20,000 nucleotides of DNA, taken from the IMG/VR virus record IMGVR_UViG_3300048591_001609, one strand, 5' to 3'. A program made the translations under genes and the position numbers. Each line of letters starts with the position of its first letter. The stretch's first letter is position 1. Of this stretch, positions 13,973-20,000 are shown one piece after another. Source of the DNA: an uncultured virus (IMG/VR IMGVR_UViG_3300048591_001609). Taxonomy: Duplodnaviria; Heunggongvirae; Uroviricota; Caudoviricetes. The notes under the pieces are model-generated. The model was not told where the DNA came from, did no database searches, and saw only the letters and a program-made list of their open reading frames with translations.

Positions 13973-14641
13973 GTGATACGGAATCTGTTACTGACTCTGC
14001 TTGTGGTACTGCTGGGCACGGCGGCCGAAATCGAGTTTCGAAACAGCAAGCCCGGCATGGTTCCCAAGGATTGGGTAGTGGCCATGACTCACGAGGGCGG
14101 GGCACCCAAGTGGGAGATTGTGGAAGACGCCAGCGCCCCATCCCCACCGCATGCCTTCGCGCAGACATCCACGGACAAGACCTCAGGGCGATTTCCGCTG
14201 GCGGTCTACCAGAAAGCAAGGTTTGCCGATGGCAGCGTGTCGGTTCGCTTCAAACCGGTTGCAGGCGAACGCGATCAGGCCGCGGGAATCGTCTGGCGCT
14301 ATAGGGACCCCAGCAATTACTACATCGTGAGAGCGAACGCGCTCGAGAACAACATTGTGCTCTACAAGGTGGAAGGCGGCAAGCGCATCTCGCTGGAACC
14401 CAAGGGTACCCCATCCAAGACGTACGGCGTAAAGCACAAAGTGCCAAAACAGACGTGGAGTGAATTACGGGTGGAATTCGACGGTCCCGTGTTCCTGGTG
14501 TATTTCGACGGCCAGCGGATCATGGAAGTCGCCGAAAAGACTTTCGCTGAGGCCGGGCGAGTCGGTCTCTGGACCAAGGCCGACAGCGTGACCTATTTCG
14601 ATGATTTCCGTTTTGAAGAGCGAAAACGACAAAGTCACTGA
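13973..14641 (+). CDS. Secreted concanavalin A-like / DUF1080-like domain protein
   Basis: Likely GTG start at 13973 (AAGGGGGT RBS), giving the signal peptide MIRNLLLTLLVVLLGTAA. DGSVSVRFKPVAG..DQAAGIVWRYRD..NYYIVRANALENN..WSELRVEF..VYFDG..GRVGLWTKADSVTYFDDF is a recognisable ConA-fold family. Confidence 0.8.
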   Translation: MIRNLLLTLLVVLLGTAAEIEFRNSKPGMVPKDWVVAMTHEGGAPKWEIVEDASAPSPPHAFAQTSTDKTSGRFPLAVYQKARFADGSVSVRFKPVAGERDQAAGIVWRYRDPSNYYIVRANALENNIVLYKVEGGKRISLEPKGTPSKTYGVKHKVPKQTWSELRVEFDGPVFLVYFDGQRIMEVAEKTFAEAGRVGLWTKADSVTYFDDFRFEERKRQSH

Positions 14642-14835
14642 TCTCGTCGGAGAGGCGAGTCTCTTTGCGGGGGCGCTGCCTGATGGTTACTGCCTGCATT
14701 CTGTTCAGAACCGATGTCGGCCCTGTGCGACTGGAGGGCGGTCTGCCGAGAGGTCACTTACAGTCCGGTGGTGGCTGTAAGCCGATCTCGCTCCGATTCA
14801 CCAAGAGTCTAAACTTGACTAGGATAATCAGATTC

Positions 14836-15738
14836 ATGAAGACATTACGTGTACATACCCTGCTGGCGGCGCTGATCCTTGTCGCGGCGCTATCGTCCGT
14901 GGCTGCCATTCCGGAATCCCAACGGGCCGTGATCGACACTACAACGGGCGCCAAAGGCGCTTACGACGAAGCGGAAGACGTCTACAAAGTTACGTTCCCC
15001 CGCAATGACGTAAAGGTGACGATCGAAGGGAGGCCCATGCACCCGTTTCTCGGGCTCACATCCTGGGCCGCTTTCACGCCAGACGCGCACGGCGAATTGA
15101 TGGTGATGGGGGACCTCGTTCTCTTTGAGGACGAAGTGAACCCGGTAATGTCCGCGGCCCTGGATAATGAACTGGAAGTGACCGCGCTTCACAATCACTT
15201 CTTCTTCGAATCCCCTCGCGTGATGTTCATGCACATAGGCGGCAGCGGCTCCGCCGAGAGACTTGCTGGCGCGGTACGGACCACGATGGACAAAGTGAAA
15301 GAGATCCGGTCGGCGAACTTGCAGCCGGCCATGCGCTTTCCGGGCGCGCCCGTTCCTGAGGTCAGTTCTATCACAGCCGCGACCATCGACGGCATTCTGG
15401 GAGTGAAGGGCCAATCGAATGCCGGCATGTACAAGGCGGTGATTGGGCGTACCGCTACGATGCACGGCAAAAACGTCGGCAATCAGATGGGTGTGAACAC
15501 GTGGGCGGCGTTCGCGGGAATCGATGAGAACGCGTTTGTCGACGGAGACTTCGCCATGTTGAAATCCGAAATGCAAGGCGTCCTGAAAGCCCTGCGCAAG
15601 GCCGGGATCAACATCGTCGCGATCCACAACCACATGACGCACGAAGAGCCGCAGTATCTTTTCCTCCACTACTGGGGAAAGGGTCCAGCGGCCGAACTGG
15701 CGAAAGCGCTGAAGTCCGCTCTTGATAAACAGAAATGA
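14836..15738 (+). CDS. DUF1259 (LppY/LpqO-like) tandem-domain secreted protein
   Basis: ATG 14836 gives a signal peptide (MKTLRVHTLLAALILVAALSSVAA). Two homologous halves: SWAAF..VMGDLVL..ALHNHFFFESPRVMFMHIGG and TWAAF..VDGDFAM..AIHNHMTHEEPQYLFLHYWG. Confidence 0.85.
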   Translation: MKTLRVHTLLAALILVAALSSVAAIPESQRAVIDTTTGAKGAYDEAEDVYKVTFPRNDVKVTIEGRPMHPFLGLTSWAAFTPDAHGELMVMGDLVLFEDEVNPVMSAALDNELEVTALHNHFFFESPRVMFMHIGGSGSAERLAGAVRTTMDKVKEIRSANLQPAMRFPGAPVPEVSSITAATIDGILGVKGQSNAGMYKAVIGRTATMHGKNVGNQMGVNTWAAFAGIDENAFVDGDFAMLKSEMQGVLKALRKAGINIVAIHNHMTHEEPQYLFLHYWGKGPAAELAKALKSALDKQK

Positions 15739-15761
15739 GAGAGCGGAGCGACGCGATGGAT

Positions 15762-15788
15762 GGCTCGGAGTTGAGCAATCCGCGAGCC
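15762..15788. terminator. Possible hairpin between convergent genes
   Basis: GGCTCG (15762-15767) pairs with CGAGCC (15783-15788), with an imperfect inner stem. It lies between two convergent stops but has no clear U-tract. Confidence 0.25.
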
Positions 15789-15823
15789 GCCCCGTTTGAT
15801 CCGAAACGATAGAACGCCTGGAC

Positions 15824-16177
15824 CTAATGCTTGTGGGCTGGCGGCTTTGGCGCTTCGGCTTTGGGCGCCGGCACGTTGAGCAGAATTTCGTTCGCCATCA
15901 ACTCGCCCGAAGGCAGCTTGGAGCCGATGACGCCGACCCACGTCCCCACCTTCACGCCGGATTTGTCCGCGGGCTTTTCGTTGAGTTCGAAGGTCGTCTT
16001 GCTCGAATACTTCACTTTGACGGTAGCCGTCTTCGTTTTCAGGTCGAGTCCCTCTGCCGTGGCGGCGGTAACCTGCCCCACGGTGGCCTTGTGAATCTTG
16101 TCGTCGTGCGCGGCAAGCGGCAATGCGATGCCGAGCAGCAGCATGGTGGCGAGCGAAATCATCCCTCTGCGGTTCAT
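15824..16177 (-). CDS. Small periplasmic OB-fold-like (DUF5666-like) protein, putative metallochaperone
   Basis: 117 aa. Signal peptide ending LPLAA, mature N-terminus HDDKIH; GQVTA..VKVKYSSKTTF..VKVGTWVGVIG..LMANEI OB-like pattern; C-terminal HKH. AAGGAG RBS; directly downstream of the RND pump. Confidence 0.75.
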   Translation of the reverse strand: MNRRGMISLATMLLLGIALPLAAHDDKIHKATVGQVTAATAEGLDLKTKTATVKVKYSSKTTFELNEKPADKSGVKVGTWVGVIGSKLPSGELMANEILLNVPAPKAEAPKPPAHKH

Positions 16178-16196
16178 GAAATCTCCTTATCCCAGA

Positions 16197-19100
16197 TTAG
16201 ACGGTTGTGGGTTTCCGACGGCCAGCAGCCAGGTAGACAGCCGGCACCACCAGCATGTTCAGTGCGGTGGATGTTAATAGTCCAAACAAGATCACCATTG
16301 CCATGGGCGCCTGGATCTCACTGCCAGGCTTTCCCATACCCGCGGCAATCGGGATCAAAGCGAGGCCCGCGGCGAGAGCAGTCATCAGAATCGGCGCCAG
16401 GCGTTCCGTGGCTCCGAGAGCAACGGCCTCGCGCAGGTCCGTCACCCCTTCTTCCTGCTGGAGATGGCGGATGTGCGCCACCAGCATGATGCCGTTGCGT
16501 GTCGCGATGCCAAAGAGCGTGATGAAGCCAATGATGGACGCCACCGAGAGGATGCCGCCCGCGAAGTAGACTCCCGCCACTCCGCCCACCAGCGCGAGCG
16601 GCAGATTGAGCATGATGATCAGCGCGTCGCGGGTGGAATGGAAGGCTGTGGCCAAAACCAGAAGGATGGCAAGGATGACGCCGCCACCCAGAATGAGAAG
16701 GCGCCGGGACGCTTCGGCCTCGCTCTCAAACTGGCCGCCGTACTCGACGCGGTAACCCTGCGGCAGCGAGACATTCCGCGCCACCGCCGCTTCGATCTCA
16801 TTCACGACCGATAGCAGATCCCTGCCCGCGACGTTGCACTGCACAACGATTTTTCGCTGCACGCCCTCGCGGCTGATGAAGTTCGGGCTGCGGTCCTCGA
16901 CGATATCCGCAACTGCTTCGAGAGGCACCTTCGCCCCGGACGGAGAGTCGATGAGGGTGTTGCCGATGGTCGCGAGATCGTTCATCTCCTGGGTGGGGTA
17001 ACGGACAACGAGCGGGAAGCTGATTTGGCCCTCGAGAATTCGGTTGACTTCGGTTCCCACGAACGCGGTCTGTACTTTTTCGGCGACTTCGCCCGGCTGA
17101 AGCCCGTATCGCGCGGCGTCTTCCGGCCTGGCTTTCACGCGGACGGTGGGGATGTCCGTCTGCTGCTCGATGGAAAGATCGACGACGCCGTCCACGGTGC
17201 GCATCGCACTCTCCATCTGCCGGGCCAGCGATCGAAGCTGAGTGAGATCGTCCCCAAAGACCTTAACGGCGACGTTGGCCCGGGTGCCGGAGAGCATGTG
17301 GTCAATCCGGTGAGAGATCGGTTGGCCGATGGTGACATTCATCCCCGGCAGCAGGGTGACGCGCTCGCGGATTTCTTCGAGGACTTCGGCTTTGGAGCGA
17401 TCTTTCATCTTCAGGGTGACGTCGAGTTCCGACGATTCAACGCCCTGCACGTGTTCGTCGAGTTCCGCGCGTCCGGTTCGTCTGGCCGTAGAAACCACTT
17501 CCGGAATGCTCAGCAGAATCCGTTCGAGTCCCCTGCCGAGATTATCGGAATCGGCCAGACTCGTTCCCGGAAGCGTGACGGCGCTTACCGTAAGCGTGCC
17601 TTCGTTGAACTCCGGAAGAAAGGCCCGGCCCGCTTGCGACAAGCCGAACGCGGCAAGGCCGACTAGCAACACCGATGGCACGATCACGCCCAGCGGGTAC
17701 CGGAGAGACCATTGCAGAACCGGACGGTAGGCGCGCCTCAACCGGGTGACCAGCCAGGGTTCGTGCCCCCGCAGAACGGAGCGGGCGTTCGGCAGCAGAA
17801 AGGAACAAAGGGCCGGCGTGACGGTGAGCGCAACCACCAGCGACGCCGTGAGGCTGACGACGTAGGCAAAGCCGAGTGGCGCGAGCAGCCTTCCTTCCAC
17901 GCTGGTAAGGGCGAAGAGCGGAAGGAAGACCAGAACGACGATGAGGGTGGCGAAGACGACGGATCCGCGAATCTCCGTGCTGGCCCGGTAGATGACTTCC
18001 ATCGCGGGCAGTCTCTCCGACTCAGGCTTCAGGCTGTTCTCGCGCAGGCGCCGCATGACATTTTCAACGTCAATAATGGCGTCGTCCACGAGTTCGCCGA
18101 TCGCGATGGCGAGCCCCCCGAGGCTCATGCTGTTGATGGTGAAGCCAAACCAGTTCATGGTCATCACCGCGGTCAACAGCGAGATTGGAATTGCGAGCAG
18201 CGTGATTGCCGCGGCGCGGACATTCATGAGGAAGAGCACCACGACGATCACCACCAGAATGGCCCCGTCCCGCAGGGCGTGGGTGAGATTTTCGAGGGAG
18301 CGTTCGATGAAGTCCGCCTGACGGAACACCTGCTTGTCGATCACCATGCCTTCGGGCAAGCTTTTCTGAAGTTCATCGAGGGTGTCGTCAAGGCGCTGCG
18401 TCAACTCCAGCGTGTTCGCGCCGGGCTGCTTCTGGATGCCCAGCACCACCGCGGGTTCGGCGTTATGCGAGCCCGCGCCCCGCTTGAGAGCCGCTCCAAC
18501 CTGAACTTCGGCGACATCGCGAACGTAGATGGGCCGCCCGTCGCGCTCACCGACGGCGACGCTGCCGATCGCTTCCTCAGAGGAAACCCTGCCGACTCCC
18601 TGAATGAGATACTCCTGGCCTCCGGCAACGCGGAATCCGGCGGAAACGTTCTGGCTGCCGCGTTCCAGCGCGTTTTCCACGTCGTCCAGCGAGATCGCAT
18701 ACTGGCGCAGACGGGTTGGTGATATCAGAACCTGATACTGCTTCTGGTCTCCGCCTGTGGGCACCACCTGCGCCACGCCCGGCACCGCAAGGATGCGCCG
18801 ACGCAGTACGGTGTCTGCGACGGTGCGCAGTTCCATGCTCGAATGGCGGTCCGATTCAAGCGTGATGAAGAGGATCTCGCCCATGATGGAAGAGATGGGA
18901 GCAAGAAACGGCGCATTCACGTTGGAGGGCAGTGTCTCCGCAACCAGGGAGAGCTTTTCGTTCACGGTTTGACGAGCCCGGTAGATCTCCTGGCCCCAAT
19001 CGAACTCGACCCAAATGACGGCGACACCCACGGCGGTTGCCGACCGGACGCGCCGCACGCCAGGAGCGCCGTTGATGGCGGATTCGATGGGAAAGGTGAC

Positions 19101-19292
19101 CAGCGCCTCCATTTCCGTGGGCGCCATTCCCCGTGCCTCCACCAGGATCGTGACGGTGGGGGCAGTAAGATCCGGCAGCACGTCCAGGGGGACATCGCGT
19201 ACGGAGTAGCCGCCCCAGATCAGCAGGGCAGCGGTGAGAAACAGCACAACGGCACGGTGTCGAAGAGACCAGCGAATGAGGGAATCAAGCAT
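16197..19292 (-). CDS. czcA: Heavy-metal efflux RND permease, CzcA/CusA family
   Basis: True start MLDSLIRWSL at 19292 (AGGAGA RBS), 1031 aa. PLDVLPDL, EMEALVTFPIE, TM4 GGLAIAIGELVDDAIIDVENV, FLPEFNEG, GRAELDEH, GFITLFGIATRNGIML, ERLAPILMTAL. The symbol is family-level only. Confidence 0.93.
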   Translation of the reverse strand: MLDSLIRWSLRHRAVVLFLTAALLIWGGYSVRDVPLDVLPDLTAPTVTILVEARGMAPTEMEALVTFPIESAINGAPGVRRVRSATAVGVAVIWVEFDWGQEIYRARQTVNEKLSLVAETLPSNVNAPFLAPISSIMGEILFITLESDRHSSMELRTVADTVLRRRILAVPGVAQVVPTGGDQKQYQVLISPTRLRQYAISLDDVENALERGSQNVSAGFRVAGGQEYLIQGVGRVSSEEAIGSVAVGERDGRPIYVRDVAEVQVGAALKRGAGSHNAEPAVVLGIQKQPGANTLELTQRLDDTLDELQKSLPEGMVIDKQVFRQADFIERSLENLTHALRDGAILVVIVVVLFLMNVRAAAITLLAIPISLLTAVMTMNWFGFTINSMSLGGLAIAIGELVDDAIIDVENVMRRLRENSLKPESERLPAMEVIYRASTEIRGSVVFATLIVVLVFLPLFALTSVEGRLLAPLGFAYVVSLTASLVVALTVTPALCSFLLPNARSVLRGHEPWLVTRLRRAYRPVLQWSLRYPLGVIVPSVLLVGLAAFGLSQAGRAFLPEFNEGTLTVSAVTLPGTSLADSDNLGRGLERILLSIPEVVSTARRTGRAELDEHVQGVESSELDVTLKMKDRSKAEVLEEIRERVTLLPGMNVTIGQPISHRIDHMLSGTRANVAVKVFGDDLTQLRSLARQMESAMRTVDGVVDLSIEQQTDIPTVRVKARPEDAARYGLQPGEVAEKVQTAFVGTEVNRILEGQISFPLVVRYPTQEMNDLATIGNTLIDSPSGAKVPLEAVADIVEDRSPNFISREGVQRKIVVQCNVAGRDLLSVVNEIEAAVARNVSLPQGYRVEYGGQFESEAEASRRLLILGGGVILAILLVLATAFHSTRDALIIMLNLPLALVGGVAGVYFAGGILSVASIIGFITLFGIATRNGIMLVAHIRHLQQEEGVTDLREAVALGATERLAPILMTALAAGLALIPIAAGMGKPGSEIQAPMAMVILFGLLTSTALNMLVVPAVYLAAGRRKPTTV

Positions 19293-19302
19293 TGCGTATC
19301 TC

Positions 19303-20000
19303 CTAATGAACGTGCCCGTGCGCGGGAACCTGGTTTGACATCGAAGCAAGACGAATGAGGTGAGCGCCCTCGGTGACCACCCGTTCGCCCGGGAAGACTC
19401 CCTCCAACACCTGCACATAGCCTCCCTCACGAACGCCGAGCGTCACGGGGCGGCGCACGAAAGCTTCGCCGGAATCCTGAAGGAAGATCACCGGGCGCCC
19501 GCCATCGTCGATGATTGCGCTCTCCGGCACGGCTGGCGCCAGATCCGCGGCCGAGGTGAGAAGACGAACATAGACAGCCTGGTGGATAGCAAGCCGCCGG
19601 TCACGGTTTTCCACCTGATAGATCACAGGCACCGTGCGCGAGTTCGGGTCGACGACACGCCCAATGGAAATCAGCCTTCCGAGGGTGTGGGGCTGCCCCA
19701 CACCTGGGATCTCGAGTTCGGCGCCACTGAGGTTGCGAAGCTGCGGGAGGTTCGCTTCCGGCACCGTGGCAGAGACGTAGACGGTATCCGCGTCGAGGAT
19801 GCGGAAGAGGATCTCGCCCGCCTTTACGTTCGCTCCGGGTGTGGCGAGAATCTCGGTAAGAATTCCGGAGATAGGAGCGCGCACCGCAAAGAGCTTCGCA
19901 CCCTCGGGTATGGCAGCCGTGCTCGAAGACTCATACTGGGCAATGCGTGCCTCGGCGGCGCGCAGGCGGGCTTCGGCGGTAGCTTCCACCGTGCGCGCCT
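19303..20000 (-). CDS. Efflux RND periplasmic adaptor (MFP) subunit, CzcB/CusB family (5' end outside window)
   Basis: VRAPISG..PGANVKAGEILFRI lipoyl-like motif, VDPNSRTV, AVPESAII, FVRRPVTLG, VLEGVFPGERVVTEGA; His-rich tail AHGHVH; immediately upstream of the RND pump. Confidence 0.92.
   Translation of the reverse strand, partial: ARTVEATAEARLRAAEARIAQYESSSTAAIPEGAKLFAVRAPISGILTEILATPGANVKAGEILFRILDADTVYVSATVPEANLPQLRNLSGAELEIPGVGQPHTLGRLISIGRVVDPNSRTVPVIYQVENRDRRLAIHQAVYVRLLTSAADLAPAVPESAIIDDGGRPVIFLQDSGEAFVRRPVTLGVREGGYVQVLEGVFPGERVVTEGAHLIRLASMSNQVPAHGHVH

Noticed and set aside
14665..14835. 57-aa N-terminal extension of the DUF1259 ORF
   Set aside because: The extension is not protein-like; ATG 14836 directly precedes the signal peptide.
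19293..19430. 46-aa N-terminal extension of the RND pump
   Set aside because: It overlaps the adaptor gene; ATG 19292 has an AGGAGA RBS and a family-typical N-terminus.
1..20000. CRISPR arrays, rRNA/tRNA genes, IS elements, riboswitches
   Set aside because: None recognised; the window is almost fully coding and the short intergenic gaps show no such structure by eye.

Overview
GC-rich bacterial DNA, probably Acidobacteriota (inferred from the Oar-type TonB-dependent receptor with an N-terminal carboxypeptidase-regulatory-like domain). It has two blocks. (1) 1-9077, + strand: a tightly coupled tail-tip module of a non-contractile-tailed prophage or GTA-like element. In order it holds the 3' end of a putative virion peptidoglycan hydrolase, a Dit/gpM-like protein, a four-gene side-fibre cassette with a LamG-like lectin and a fibre adaptor, an 1104-aa protein that appears to fuse Dit-like, Fe-S hub (gpL-like) and gpJ-like domains, and a 996-aa protein with a TIM-barrel-like region and inserted repeat modules. 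The block ends abruptly, with no lysis genes, integrase or att site visible. (2) 9125-20000: an envelope/metal-response cluster. An OmpR-family regulator, histidine kinase and TonB-dependent receptor form a coupled operon on the - strand. This operon is divergent from a secreted ConA/DUF1080-like protein and a DUF1259 protein, across a symmetric pair of TTCAG-N6-TTCAG boxes. A convergent heavy-metal RND efflux operon (adaptor, CzcA/CusA-family pump, small His-tipped periplasmic protein) follows. All family calls come from motif recognition by eye; no database search was run.
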